Positions 9,452-19,744 of a stretch of 64,000 nt of DNA are shown here, piece after piece (position 1 is the stretch's first letter; every line of letters begins with the position of its first letter). The notes under the pieces were generated by a model. That model worked only from the letters and a program-made list of their open reading frames with translations, did no database searches and was not told the DNA's origin. The position numbers were made by a program, and so were the translations under genes. Origin of the DNA: Vicinamibacterales bacterium (GTDB taxonomy: Bacteria > Acidobacteriota > Vicinamibacteria > Vicinamibacterales > UBA2999); NCBI GenBank assembly GCA_040081715.1, contig JBEBFY010000005.1, positions 48,699-112,698 of the forward strand, read 5' to 3'.

Positions 9452-11293
9452 ATGGACGAACCCAAGAAGAAGAAAGTCACCGCGTCGGCCGCCTGGCGTG
9501 AAGCCAGGGAACTCATCTGGGCGCACCGGAAGCGGCTGGGCGTCGGCCTGGCGCTGATGCTCGTTGACCGGATGGCCAGCCTGGTGCTGCCCGCCACGTC
9601 CAAATACCTCATCGACGACGTGGTCGGGAAGGGCCGCACCGAGCTGCTGATGCCGCTGGCGCTGGCGGCGGGTGCCGCGACGCTGGTGGGTGCCGGCACC
9701 TCCTTCGCCCTGTCGCAACTGCTCGGCGTGGCGGCGCAGCGTGCCATTGCCGACATGCGGATGAAGGTGCAGGCGCGGATCATGCTCCTGCCGGTGTCCT
9801 TCTTTGACGCGACGCAGACGGGCGTCCTCGTCTCGCGCATCATGACGGACGCGGAAGGCATCCGGAACCTGGTCGGCACCGGCGTCGTGCAACTGGTGGG
9901 TGGCTTCGTCACCGCGGCTATCGGGATTGGCGTGCTCTTCTATCTGAGCTGGAAGCTCACGATCATCACCCTCGTCGTGCTCGGCGTGTTCGCGGCCGGC
10001 ATGGCCTACGCATTCGGGACGCTCAGGCCGCTGTTCCGTGAGCGCGGCAAGATCAACGCCGAAGTGACCGGGCGGCTGACCGAGGCTCTGGGCGGCATCC
10101 GCGTGGTCAAGTCCTACACGGCGGAGAAGCGCGAGGCGATCGTCTTCACCAAGGGCGCGCACAAGCTGTTCCGGAACGTCGCCAAGTCGATGACCGGCGT
10201 GTCGGCCACGACCACTGGCGGCACCGTGGCCGTCGGCCTCATCGGCATGGTGATGCTGGTGATGGGCGGCCGCGAGATCATCGCGGGTCACATGACCCTC
10301 GGCGACCTCATGATGTACATCTTTTTCATCGGGATGGTCTCGGCGCCGCTCATCTCCATTGCGGCCATCGGCACGCAGATCACCGAGGCCTTCGCCGGCC
10401 TGGACCGCATCCGCGAAGTGCTCAGCATGACGACGGAAAGCGACCAGGACGCCACGCGTGCGCCACTCGACCGCATCAACGGCGATGTGGCGTTCAATGA
10501 CGTGTGGTTCGAGTACAACCCCGGCCAGCCCGTGTTGAAGGGCGTCACTTTCCGTGCCACACCCGGCACGACGACCGCGCTGGTGGGGTCGAGCGGCGGG
10601 GGCAAGAGTACGCTCATCAGCCTCGTGGTGGCGTTCAACCATCCGCTCAGGGGCCAGATCCTGGTCGACGGCCGGAACATCGACGAGGTGCGCCTGCTGG
10701 ACTATCGCAAGCAGACCGCGTCCGTGCTCCAGGAGAACTTCCTGTTCGACGGCACCATTGCCGAGAACGTCCAGTACGCCCGGCCCAACGCCACGCTCGA
10801 GGACGTGCGCGAGGCGTGCCGGATTGCCCACTGCGACGAGTTCATTACGCAGTTTCCGGAGGGCTACAGCACGATTGTCGGCGAGCGCGGCATCAAGCTC
10901 TCCGGCGGCCAGCGCCAGCGCGTGTCGATCGCCCGCGCCATCCTGGCCAATCCCCGCATCCTGATTCTCGATGAGGCCACGTCGAGCCTCGACAGCGAGA
11001 GCGAGCAGATGATTCAGGACGGCCTGACGCGGCTGCGCACGGGCCGCACGACGTTCGTCATCGCCCACCGGCTGTCCACCATCCGCAGCGCCGACCAGAT
11101 TCTGGTGATCGAGGCCGGCGAGATCGTGGAGCGCGGCACGCACGACGAACTGCTCGCGCTCGACGGCCGCTACCGCCAGCTCTACGACAAGCAGTACAAG
11201 CTCGAAATGGACCGCTTCATCAACCCCGGCGAGGACTTCACGCCGGTACCCGTGCGGCCCGTGGCGACGCCCAAGGTCAGCACGCGCATCTGA
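9452..11293 (+). CDS. ABC-B type exporter, fused permease and ATPase (MsbA-like)
   Basis: 613 aa. N-terminal multi-TM domain, Walker A GSSGGGKST, ABC signature LSGGQRQR, Walker B ILILDEATS, H-loop IAHRLS. Confidence 0.9.
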   Translation: MDEPKKKKVTASAAWREARELIWAHRKRLGVGLALMLVDRMASLVLPATSKYLIDDVVGKGRTELLMPLALAAGAATLVGAGTSFALSQLLGVAAQRAIADMRMKVQARIMLLPVSFFDATQTGVLVSRIMTDAEGIRNLVGTGVVQLVGGFVTAAIGIGVLFYLSWKLTIITLVVLGVFAAGMAYAFGTLRPLFRERGKINAEVTGRLTEALGGIRVVKSYTAEKREAIVFTKGAHKLFRNVAKSMTGVSATTTGGTVAVGLIGMVMLVMGGREIIAGHMTLGDLMMYIFFIGMVSAPLISIAAIGTQITEAFAGLDRIREVLSMTTESDQDATRAPLDRINGDVAFNDVWFEYNPGQPVLKGVTFRATPGTTTALVGSSGGGKSTLISLVVAFNHPLRGQILVDGRNIDEVRLLDYRKQTASVLQENFLFDGTIAENVQYARPNATLEDVREACRIAHCDEFITQFPEGYSTIVGERGIKLSGGQRQRVSIARAILANPRILILDEATSSLDSESEQMIQDGLTRLRTGRTTFVIAHRLSTIRSADQILVIEAGEIVERGTHDELLALDGRYRQLYDKQYKLEMDRFINPGEDFTPVPVRPVATPKVSTRI

Positions 11294-11335
11294 AACCGGC
11301 CTCCGGCGTCTGCCGTAGAGGCATCAGGAGGATTC

Positions 11336-12130
11336 ATGCGTTCACACGAAGTGGACTACCGCATTCACGGCGACGACATGCAGTTTGTCGAGGTGGAGCT
11401 GGACCCCGGCGAGAGCGCCGTGGCCGAGGCCGGGTCGATGATGTACATGACCAGCGCCATCGAGATGGAAACCGTCTTCGGCGACGGTGGCCATCAGGAG
11501 AACCGTGGAGTTCTCGACAAGCTTGTCGGAGCAGGCAAGCGCCTGCTGACCGGCGAGAGCCTTTTCATGACCGTGTTCACCAACGGCGGTCAGGGCAAGC
11601 ACCAGGTTTCCTTTGCCGCGCCGTATCCCGGCAAGATTCTGCCGATGGATCTCGAGACGCTCGGCGGGGAACTCATCTGCCAGAAGGACGCGTTCCTCTG
11701 CGCCGCGAAGGGTGTGTCCATCGGCATCGCCTTCCAACGCCGCATCGGCGTAGGTCTCTTCGGCGGCGAGGGCTTCATCATGCAGCGCCTGCAGGGCGAC
11801 GGCATGGCCTTCGTCCACGCGGGTGGCACGGTGCACGCCATGGAGCTGGCGCCTGGGCAGACACTGCGCGTGGACACCGGATGCCTCGTGGCGCTCCAGC
11901 CGACGGTGGACTACGACATCCAGATGGTGCGCGGCATCAAGAGCGCGCTGTTCGGCGGGGAAGGCCTGTTCTTCGCCACGCTCACTGGCCCGGGCCGGGT
12001 CTGGCTGCAGTCCCTGCCCTTCAGCCGGCTCGCCGCGCGCATCCGCCAGTCGATGCCGGGGACCGGGTCGCGCCGCGAGGAAGGCTCGATCCTCGGCGGT
12101 ATAGGCGGCCTCATCGGCGGCGACCGGTAG
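11336..12130 (+). CDS. TIGR00266 / AIM24-like (DUF124) family protein
   Basis: 264 aa. The N-terminal pattern [35 protein letters not shown] and the later [21 protein letters not shown] repeats are typical of this family. Confidence 0.7.
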   Translation: MRSHEVDYRIHGDDMQFVEVELDPGESAVAEAGSMMYMTSAIEMETVFGDGGHQENRGVLDKLVGAGKRLLTGESLFMTVFTNGGQGKHQVSFAAPYPGKILPMDLETLGGELICQKDAFLCAAKGVSIGIAFQRRIGVGLFGGEGFIMQRLQGDGMAFVHAGGTVHAMELAPGQTLRVDTGCLVALQPTVDYDIQMVRGIKSALFGGEGLFFATLTGPGRVWLQSLPFSRLAARIRQSMPGTGSRREEGSILGGIGGLIGGDR

Positions 12131-12232
12131 ACGCATCCCCGATTTCCTTAACTTGACGCTGTGATTCCACTGGCGAGAAGATACCGAGCGCGCACGGGCC
12201 GCTGCCTGGCCGGTGCCTGAGGGGATATCACG

Positions 12233-13339
12233 ATGAGCATGTTGCTAGTTGCACTGATGGCGGCGCCGTTGCTGCAGGCGCCCGCGACGGAGTTGGTGGG
12301 CGATCCGCAGAAGGGGGCGGCTGTCTACCGCCAGAAGATGTGCGGGAACTGCCATGGCCCCGACGGGGAGGGCGCGTTTGGTCCGGATCTGGCCGGCGCG
12401 CGTGGCCTGACCCTCGAACAATTCAAGCACCCGATTCGTCAGCCGTGGGGCGTGATGCTCGCTTACACCGAGAAGCAGCTCCCAGACCAGGGGATCGCAG
12501 ACATGTACGCGTTCCTGAAGACCAAGCCGAAGCCGAAGGAACTGGGGCACTGGCACTGGCCGGCCGCACCGGCGTCCGCGCCCTATACGCAGCGCGTCTA
12601 CATGCAGATTGTCGGCTGCAGCCAGTGCCACGAGCCCGAGAACAAGTTCGGACGGAAGTGGATGGGTGAGCAGGGGAAGAACGCTACCTTCGAGTATTTC
12701 AAGAAGGTGATCTACACCCACACCGACAAGTACCCCACGGGCAACATGGGCAACTACTCGCCCGACCGGCTCTCCGAGGGGAACCTGCGCGAGATCTACA
12801 AGTTCTATGTCGAGGAGCTTGGGCTCCGCGCCTCCATCGGCGGCGGGATGACGATCGGCGATCAGAAGGACGGCAACACCACCTACAAGATCGCGCTCAA
12901 CAACCCGGGCGTGAAGGATGTCGGCCTGGCGGCCGAGGGGGTCACGGTGTTCATCCGCGTGCCCGCGGGCACGAAGGTCGTCGGTGGCACGGGTCCCGGC
13001 TACAAAGGTTCGCAGTCGTTCCAGTCGCTCGGGTTGGTGCCGGCGTTGCAGCTGGCCCCGCACCCGGACGAGCAGGGCCGCACGATTCGTCCGGACTACG
13101 ACAAGTCCGGCGACGCGGTGGTCTGGAAGCTGCCGAAGATCGCGGCGCAGGACAAGGTTGAACTGACGTTCACGCTGGCGGGCGCACCGTCTGCGGACCT
13201 GGTGAAGGCGATGGACGGCTCGGCCGTGCACTGGGAGAAGCCCGGCCGGACCGCGTTCGGCAAGAAGCTCACCTACTACGACCTGCGCACGCCGGACTCG
13301 GGCGACCACGAGCGGCTGGCGCCGCCGCGCCTGCCGTAA
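12233..13339 (+). CDS. Secreted di-heme c-type cytochrome with an uncharacterised C-terminal domain
   Basis: 368 aa. It has a signal peptide (MSMLLVALMAAPLLQAPA) and two CxxCH motifs (CGNCH, CSQCH). Confidence 0.65.
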   Translation: MSMLLVALMAAPLLQAPATELVGDPQKGAAVYRQKMCGNCHGPDGEGAFGPDLAGARGLTLEQFKHPIRQPWGVMLAYTEKQLPDQGIADMYAFLKTKPKPKELGHWHWPAAPASAPYTQRVYMQIVGCSQCHEPENKFGRKWMGEQGKNATFEYFKKVIYTHTDKYPTGNMGNYSPDRLSEGNLREIYKFYVEELGLRASIGGGMTIGDQKDGNTTYKIALNNPGVKDVGLAAEGVTVFIRVPAGTKVVGGTGPGYKGSQSFQSLGLVPALQLAPHPDEQGRTIRPDYDKSGDAVVWKLPKIAAQDKVELTFTLAGAPSADLVKAMDGSAVHWEKPGRTAFGKKLTYYDLRTPDSGDHERLAPPRLP

Positions 13340-13366
13340 CAGGCGTTCCGCTTCGTTCTGCCTGAC

Positions 13367-13398
13367 GCCCCGGGTTCAACGCTGATTGAGCCCGGGGC
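13367..13398 (+). terminator. Candidate stem-loop downstream of the di-heme cytochrome gene
   Basis: GCCCCGGG (13367-13374) pairs with CCCGGGGC (13391-13398) around a 16-nt loop, and the sequence continues TTCGG. The U-tract is weak and the loop is long. Confidence 0.3.
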
Positions 13399-13471
13399 TT
13401 CGGCTGTACGGCTGAGGTGTCTGCGCAGCCGTTCTCATCTGTCTCTCATGCGGCGCCGCTAGAGTGGACGC

Positions 13472-14686
13472 ATGCTGCTGCTGCTCCTGCTGGCGGGTGG
13501 TCTGATCACGGACCCGCCGAGTCCTCCCCTTACCCTGGCTGACGCGCTGGCCCGGGCACGACGAACCTCTCCTCTTCGCGAAGCCTCCGCGCGGCTGCTC
13601 ACCGCGGCCGACGACGCCGCCAGCCGCGCTGGCCGCCCGCTCAATCCGCAGGTGGACCTGCGCGTGGAGAACCTCGGTCCCACCGGCCAGTCGGCGCTGC
13701 CGAAGGACGTCTTTGCCGTCGTCAACCAGTCCATTGAGCTGGGAGGAAAGCGCCGGCTGCGGCGCGAACTGAGCACCGCGGATCGCACGGCGGCCGAGGC
13801 TCAGCTTGGACTCACCGACTGGCAGGTCGGCGCCCGCACGGCGCGCCTCTACGTGGAAGCGCTGCGGGCCAGGCTGCTGCTGGAGACCCTGGCCGCCAAC
13901 CGTGAGGGCCTGGCGGGCATGACGGCGACCATGCGCACGCGCGTGAAGGAAGGCGTGGCCGCGGAGGCCGACCTGCTCAAGTTCGACGCGGAGACTGCCC
14001 GGCTGGATCTGGAACTGGTGCACGCTCGGGTGGACCTTGATCGCGGACTGAACGAACTGGGCTACGTCATCGGCATGTCCGGTCCACCGGACCCGTCCCG
14101 GCTGGTCGAGCCCACGTCGCCACCCGCACCGGCCCCGGACCGGGCCGCGCTCACCCTCAAGGTGTCCGAGCACCCGGATGCCCGGCTGGCGTCAGCCCGG
14201 GTGGAGCGGGCGCGGCAGGCTCGCGCCCTGGAACAGGCCCGGCGCAGACCCGATCCCCTCCTGACCGCGGGCTACAAGCGCACGGCCGGTGTGGACACCG
14301 CCGTCGCCGGCATCGCGCTGGTCCTGCCGGTGTTTGACGGCAACGGCGTGGCGACGGCCCGGGCCGAAGGCGACCTGCGCGCGGCCGAAGCGGAACGGAA
14401 CGCCGTCGTCGGACGGCTCGCAGCGGATGCGATGAGTCTGGCCTCGGCGGCACAGGTCCTGCTGGCACGCGCGGGCACGGTCGGTCGGGAACTGGTGGCG
14501 CCTGCCGAGGCGGTGCGGAGCGCCACGCAGGCCGCGCTGCGTGAAGGCACCGCCGATGTGCTGCGTGTGCTGGACGCCGAGCGTGTGGTGCGCGATGCGA
14601 GCCGGCTGGCCATTGAACTCCGGCTGGATGCCCTGACCGCCGCTGTCGAAGCCCGGCTTGCTGTTGGAGAGGAGCCTCTGCCATGA
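13472..14686 (+). CDS. TolC-family outer-membrane efflux protein (CzcC/CusC-like)
   Basis: 404 aa. Ala/Leu/Arg-rich coiled helical repeats typical of OMF proteins. It is the first gene of a C-B-A efflux operon, and its stop overlaps the next start (ATGA at 14683). Confidence 0.8.
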   Translation: MLLLLLLAGGLITDPPSPPLTLADALARARRTSPLREASARLLTAADDAASRAGRPLNPQVDLRVENLGPTGQSALPKDVFAVVNQSIELGGKRRLRRELSTADRTAAEAQLGLTDWQVGARTARLYVEALRARLLLETLAANREGLAGMTATMRTRVKEGVAAEADLLKFDAETARLDLELVHARVDLDRGLNELGYVIGMSGPPDPSRLVEPTSPPAPAPDRAALTLKVSEHPDARLASARVERARQARALEQARRRPDPLLTAGYKRTAGVDTAVAGIALVLPVFDGNGVATARAEGDLRAAEAERNAVVGRLAADAMSLASAAQVLLARAGTVGRELVAPAEAVRSATQAALREGTADVLRVLDAERVVRDASRLAIELRLDALTAAVEARLAVGEEPLP

Positions 14687-15921
14687 GCCGGACGTTTACC
14701 CACGCAGGAGCCGCCGTGCTGGCCGTGCTGGCCACAGCCTGCGCCACCCCTGAACCCGCTGCGAAGGAGACGGCGCCAGCCGCGCAGGCGTCCGCACAGC
14801 CTGGCACAGCGCCTGCCACGACGGCGTCTGTCGCGCTGACCGGCACGGCCATGAGCAACGCCGGGGTGACGTTAGCCACCGTGGAGACGGCCACGACCAG
14901 CGGCGATGTGTCCGTGCCGGGGGTGGTCCTCCTGGATGACACACGCACCGCGCGGGTCGGGTCGCTTCAGGAAGGGCTGGTGCTCAAGACGCTGGTCCAG
15001 GTCGGTGATCAGGTGAAAGCGGGGCAGCTTCTGGCGACGATGCATGGCCACGCCATGCACGATGCCTGGGCCGGCTATCGCAAGGCGCTCGCCGACCGCC
15101 AGCGCCTCGAGACGGAACTGGCCTATGCCGTGGACGCCCACGAGCGGGCGGAGCGGCTGTTCGCGGCCAAGGCGATCGCGCAGCAGGAGGTCAGACGCGC
15201 GGCCATGGAGCGCGACGGAGCCGGGCAGCGTCTGGCTGCGGCCCGGGCCGAAGTCACCCGGGCCATCGAGGAGCTGGAGCACGTCGGCGTGCATGTCAGC
15301 AAGCTGACCGGCGAAATCGGCGCGCGCGAGGCCGACGCCGACGAGGAGATCCCGGTGCGCACGCCGACGGGTGGCGTCGTCCTGGAACGCCTGGTGACGC
15401 CCGGCACGACGGTCGTACCCGGTGCGGCGCTCTACACGATCAGCGACCTCACGTCCCTGTGGGTCGTCGTCGAGCTGGATGAGACCTACCTGCCGCTGGT
15501 GCGAACCGGACGGGCAGCCGGCATCCGGGTCGCAGCCTATCCGGGTCAGATCTTTCCCGGGACCGTGACCTTCATCGGCGACAGCGTGAACCCGCGCACG
15601 CGGCGGGTGACGCTGCGTGTGAGCGTCGGCAATCGCGACCGCCGGCTCAAGCCCGACATGTTCGCGACCGTGAGTCTCGCGACCCACGAGCCGCGCCAGA
15701 TGCTGACGGTCCCGCGTGCGGCGGTGCAATCCATCGATGGCCGCCCCACGGTGTTTGTCGCGGAGGCCGGCGGGCGTTTCTCGCCGCGGACGGTCACAGC
15801 GGGCGCCGAACAGGATGGCCGCGTGGAGATTGTCGCGGGTCTGACGGCAGGCGAGCGCGTCGTCGCGAGCGGCGGGTTCGCGCTCAAGTCGGAACTGCTG
15901 GCGCCCGCCAGAGGTGAGTGA
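14683..15921 (+). CDS. RND efflux periplasmic adaptor (membrane fusion protein, CzcB/CusB-like)
   Basis: 412 aa. It has a lipoprotein-like N-terminus (LAVLATAC) and a HlyD-like hairpin with beta-barrel segments (VKAGQLLATM, SLWVVVELDE, GTVTFIGDSVNPRTRRVTLRV). Confidence 0.85.
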   Translation: MSRTFTHAGAAVLAVLATACATPEPAAKETAPAAQASAQPGTAPATTASVALTGTAMSNAGVTLATVETATTSGDVSVPGVVLLDDTRTARVGSLQEGLVLKTLVQVGDQVKAGQLLATMHGHAMHDAWAGYRKALADRQRLETELAYAVDAHERAERLFAAKAIAQQEVRRAAMERDGAGQRLAAARAEVTRAIEELEHVGVHVSKLTGEIGAREADADEEIPVRTPTGGVVLERLVTPGTTVVPGAALYTISDLTSLWVVVELDETYLPLVRTGRAAGIRVAAYPGQIFPGTVTFIGDSVNPRTRRVTLRVSVGNRDRRLKPDMFATVSLATHEPRQMLTVPRAAVQSIDGRPTVFVAEAGGRFSPRTVTAGAEQDGRVEIVAGLTAGERVVASGGFALKSELLAPARGE

Positions 15922-18900
15922 CATGGGCGTCGTCGAACGCTTCGTCGCGGCCAGCATCCGGCAGCGGCTGTTTGTCCTGCTGTGCCTGGCCGCGCTGGTC
16001 CTCACCGGCGTCGTGGCGTATCAGGACCTGCCCGTCGAAGCCTTTCCGGACCTGACCAACAACCAGGTGACCGTGGTCACCGAGGCTCCGGGGTTGGCCA
16101 CTGTCGAGGTGGAGCAGCGGGTGTCCTATCCGATCGAGACCGCGCTGATGGGCGTGCCCAACGCCGAGCAGGTGCGATCAGTGTCGAAGGCGGGCCTGTC
16201 GCTTGTGACCGTCGTGTTCGCAGACGCGGTGCCGGTGTATCTCGCCAGACAGCTCGTGACGGAGCGCGTGTCCGAGGCGCGCGGCCGGTTGCCGGAGGGA
16301 CTGGCGCCGGTACTCGGCCCGGTGGCGACGGCCTTCGGCGAAATCTACCAGTACCTGGTGGAGAGCGACTCGGCGGACCTGATGACCCGCAAGACCATCC
16401 ACGACTGGGATCTGCGCACGCAGTTGCGCGGGGTGCGCGGCGTTGGCGAGGTCAACGCCTGGGGCGGCCTCACGCGGCAGTACCACGTGGTCGTGGACCC
16501 GGCCCGCCTCGAACGGTACGGCGTCTCCTTGCGGCAGGTGTACGACGCGGTGGCCGCCAACAACCTCCCTTTCAGCGGTGGCTTCATCGAGCACCACTCC
16601 GAGCGCTACACCGTGCGCGGCAACGGTCTGGTTCAGAACGAGGCCGACCTGCGCCGGATCGTCGTAGACGAGGAGGGAGGCGTGCCGGTGCTCCTGGGGG
16701 ATCTGGCCGAGGTACGCATCGACGCCATGCCCCGGCAGGGCGCCGTGACGCACGACGGCGTGGGGGAGTCGGTCGCGGGCATGGTGATCATGCTCAAGGG
16801 CGAGAACGGCCGCGATGTAGGTGCGCGCGTGAAGGCGCGGATCGCGGAGGTGGTGGGGACGCTGCCGGGCGGCATCCGCCTGGTGCCGTTCTACGACCAG
16901 ACGGAGGTCATCACCAGAACCTTCACGACCGTCCGGAACAGCCTGCTGGAAGGGTCGGCGCTGGTCATTCTCGTCCTGTTCGTGTTCCTCCGCGATGTCC
17001 GGGCGTCGCTCATCGTCGCCGCGGTCATTCCCGTCGCGATGCTGACCGGCTTCATCGGCATGCGCCTGTTTGGCGTGTCGGCCAACCTGATGTCGCTCGG
17101 GGCGATCGACTTCGGCCTCATCGTCGACGGCGCCGTTGTGATGATGGAAAGCGTCATCCGCCGCCGGTCGGCGGCCGGTCACACCGCCGACAGGCCCGGG
17201 CCGCACGAGGGCCGCATCGCGATGGTGACCGCGGCGGCCACCGACGTGGCACGTCCGGTGCTGTTCGGCGTGCTCATCATCATCGCGGTCTACCTGCCCA
17301 TCTTCACACTCGAAGGCCTCGAGGGAAAGATGTTCAGGCCGATGGCCATCACCGTGTGCTCGGCCATTCTCGGCGCGCTGCTGCTGTCGCTCACGGTGGT
17401 GCCCGTGCTGGCGTCCTTCCTGCCGGTGGCGGCCAGCGGTCATCACGAGGACGGGTGGTTCCTCCGGCTGCGGGGCCGCTACGTCCACGACCTGCGCCGG
17501 GCGATGGACCATCCGTGGCGGACCATGGGCGTGGCCCTCGTGGCCGTCGCGCTTGCCCTGGGTTCGTTGCCGTTTCTCGGCACCGAGTTCATGCCGAGGC
17601 TGGACGAAGGGTCGATCCTGATCGAGAGCCGGAAGCTGCCCTCCGTCTCGCTCGATGAGTCCGTCGAGATGTCTGGCCGGGTGGAGCGTGTGCTCCGGAC
17701 GTTCCCGGAGGTGCGCGGCGTGGTCACCAAGCTTGGCCGCCCCGATCTGGCGACCGAGGCCATGGGCATCTATCAGGGTGACGTCTACGTCGCGCTGCAT
17801 CCGGCCGAGGCCTGGACGACGGGGCGCGACAAGGCTGGCCTGATCGACGCGATGGCCACGGCTCTGGATGCGGTTCCCGGGATGACGTTCAATTTCACCC
17901 AGCCGATGGCGATGCGCCTGGACGAGACCATCTCCGGCGTCAAGGCGGACGTGGCCGTGAAGATCTTCGGTCAGGACGCCAACGTGCTGGAGCGGCTCGG
18001 GAAGGCCGCCCTCGACGAACTGGAGCATGTGCCCGGGGCGGAGGACCTCCAGGTGGAGGCCCTCTTCGGCGCGGCGCAGCTGCAGATCGACATCGACCGC
18101 GCGGAGGTGGCGCGCGTCGGCCTCAGCGTGGCGGATGTGCGCGACGTGGTGGAGACGGCCGTCGGCGGCCGGACGGTCTCGGACGTGCTCGACGGGGCGC
18201 GTAGGTTTCCCGTCGTCGTGCGGTTTCCCGACATCCTCCGGCGCGATGCCGCGTCGCTCGGGGCGCTGCCATTGACCGGGCAGCGCGGCGAACGCGTGCC
18301 GCTGTCGCGCGTGGCGCGCATCACGGAGACGCAGGCGCCCGAGGCGATCAACCACGAGAACGCCGAGCGCCGGATCGTGGTGCAGACCAACGTGCGCGGG
18401 CGCGATGTCGGGAGTTTCGTGGCCGAGGCGCGCCCCCGCGTGGAGGGGGCCGTGCGGCTGCCGCCGGGTTACCGGATCGAGTGGGGCGGGCAGTTCGAGA
18501 ACCAGTCCAGGGCCATGAGCCGGCTGGCGCTCGTGGTGCCCCTCTCCGTGGCCATCATCTTCCTGCTGCTGTTTGTCACCTTTGGCCGCGTGCGGCAGGC
18601 CGGTCTCGTGCTGCTGAACGTGCCGTTCGCGCTGATCGGGGGCGTCGCGGCCCTCTGGCTCCGCGGGCTGACGTTGAACCTCTCGGCCGCGGTCGGCTTC
18701 ATCGCGCTCTTCGGCGTGGCGGTGCTGAACGGCGTGGTGCTCGTGGCTGCGGTGAACCGCCTGCGCGAAGACGGGGAGACCCTGCGGCAGGCGGTACTGA
18801 ATGGTGCGGGCACGCGGCTCAAGCCTGTGATGATGACCGCGCTCGTCGCGGCGTTGGGCTTCGTGCCGATGGCGTTGTCTCAGGGGGCCGGGTCGGAGGT

Positions 18901-19027
18901 CCAGCGCCCGCTGGCCAGCGTGGTCATCGGGGGCGTGACGACCTCGACGCTCCTGACGCTCATGGTGTTGCCCACCCTCTACGAGCTGCTCGAGCGATAT
19001 GCCGCACGGAGGCGCGAGGGCGCCTGA
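15914..19027 (+). CDS. CusA/CzcA-family heavy-metal efflux RND transporter
   Basis: 1037 aa with 12-TM RND architecture. The N-terminus VERFVAASIRQRLFVLL...AYQDLPVEAFPDLTNNQVTVVTEAPG is typical of the HME-RND family. Alternative start ATG 15923. Confidence 0.93.
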   Translation: MSDMGVVERFVAASIRQRLFVLLCLAALVLTGVVAYQDLPVEAFPDLTNNQVTVVTEAPGLATVEVEQRVSYPIETALMGVPNAEQVRSVSKAGLSLVTVVFADAVPVYLARQLVTERVSEARGRLPEGLAPVLGPVATAFGEIYQYLVESDSADLMTRKTIHDWDLRTQLRGVRGVGEVNAWGGLTRQYHVVVDPARLERYGVSLRQVYDAVAANNLPFSGGFIEHHSERYTVRGNGLVQNEADLRRIVVDEEGGVPVLLGDLAEVRIDAMPRQGAVTHDGVGESVAGMVIMLKGENGRDVGARVKARIAEVVGTLPGGIRLVPFYDQTEVITRTFTTVRNSLLEGSALVILVLFVFLRDVRASLIVAAVIPVAMLTGFIGMRLFGVSANLMSLGAIDFGLIVDGAVVMMESVIRRRSAAGHTADRPGPHEGRIAMVTAAATDVARPVLFGVLIIIAVYLPIFTLEGLEGKMFRPMAITVCSAILGALLLSLTVVPVLASFLPVAASGHHEDGWFLRLRGRYVHDLRRAMDHPWRTMGVALVAVALALGSLPFLGTEFMPRLDEGSILIESRKLPSVSLDESVEMSGRVERVLRTFPEVRGVVTKLGRPDLATEAMGIYQGDVYVALHPAEAWTTGRDKAGLIDAMATALDAVPGMTFNFTQPMAMRLDETISGVKADVAVKIFGQDANVLERLGKAALDELEHVPGAEDLQVEALFGAAQLQIDIDRAEVARVGLSVADVRDVVETAVGGRTVSDVLDGARRFPVVVRFPDILRRDAASLGALPLTGQRGERVPLSRVARITETQAPEAINHENAERRIVVQTNVRGRDVGSFVAEARPRVEGAVRLPPGYRIEWGGQFENQSRAMSRLALVVPLSVAIIFLLLFVTFGRVRQAGLVLLNVPFALIGGVAALWLRGLTLNLSAAVGFIALFGVAVLNGVVLVAAVNRLREDGETLRQAVLNGAGTRLKPVMMTALVAALGFVPMALSQGAGSEVQRPLASVVIGGVTTSTLLTLMVLPTLYELLERYAARRREGA

Positions 19028-19048
19028 GCCCGCCGCTAGAATTCAGGT

Positions 19049-19744
19049 GTGCGCATTCTCGTCGTCGAAGACGACCCGGCGATCAGCGGATTCCTGGCGC
19101 GTGGCCTCAGCGAGGAGCACTACCGCGTGGACCTCGCGGAGGACGGACCGGGCGCCGAGCAGATGGTGCGGGATGCGCCGTATGACGCCATCGTGCTCGA
19201 CATTCAGCTACCCGGACTGGACGGGCTGGAGCTGTGCCGGCGCCTGCGGGCTGATGGCGTGGTCACCCCCGTGCTGATGCTGACCGCGCGCGATGCCGTG
19301 CCGGACCGGATCAAGGGGCTCGACGCAGGGGCCGACGACTATCTGGTGAAGCCGTTTGCGTTCGACGAGCTGCTCGCGCGGCTCAGGGCCCTGACCCGTC
19401 GGGGGCCGGGCCGGCAGCTTGACACGGTCCTCCGGTGCGGCCCCATTGAACTGGATACGGAGGCGCACCTGGTGCGCGTATCGGGACGGCCCGTCGCGCT
19501 GAGCGCCACGGAGTACCGGCTGCTCGACCATCTGCTTCGGCACGCGGAGACAATCGTGTCGCGCGACCAGCTGGGAGATCGGGTCTGGGGCGGCGACGTC
19601 GACATGGCGTCGAACGTGGTGGACGTCTACATCGGGTATCTCCGCCGGAAGCTGCGGTCAGCGGGCCTCCAGGACCCGGTCATCCACACGGTGCGCGGGA
19701 TGGGCTACCTGCTCAGGCCGCCCGCCGGGGGCACCCCACCATGA
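19049..19744 (+). CDS. OmpR-family response regulator (CusR/CzcR-like)
   Basis: 231 aa. Receiver domain (MRILVVEDD, VLDIQLPGLDG, LTARD) plus a winged-helix C-terminus (IHTVRGMGY). Confidence 0.9.
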   Translation: MRILVVEDDPAISGFLARGLSEEHYRVDLAEDGPGAEQMVRDAPYDAIVLDIQLPGLDGLELCRRLRADGVVTPVLMLTARDAVPDRIKGLDAGADDYLVKPFAFDELLARLRALTRRGPGRQLDTVLRCGPIELDTEAHLVRVSGRPVALSATEYRLLDHLLRHAETIVSRDQLGDRVWGGDVDMASNVVDVYIGYLRRKLRSAGLQDPVIHTVRGMGYLLRPPAGGTPP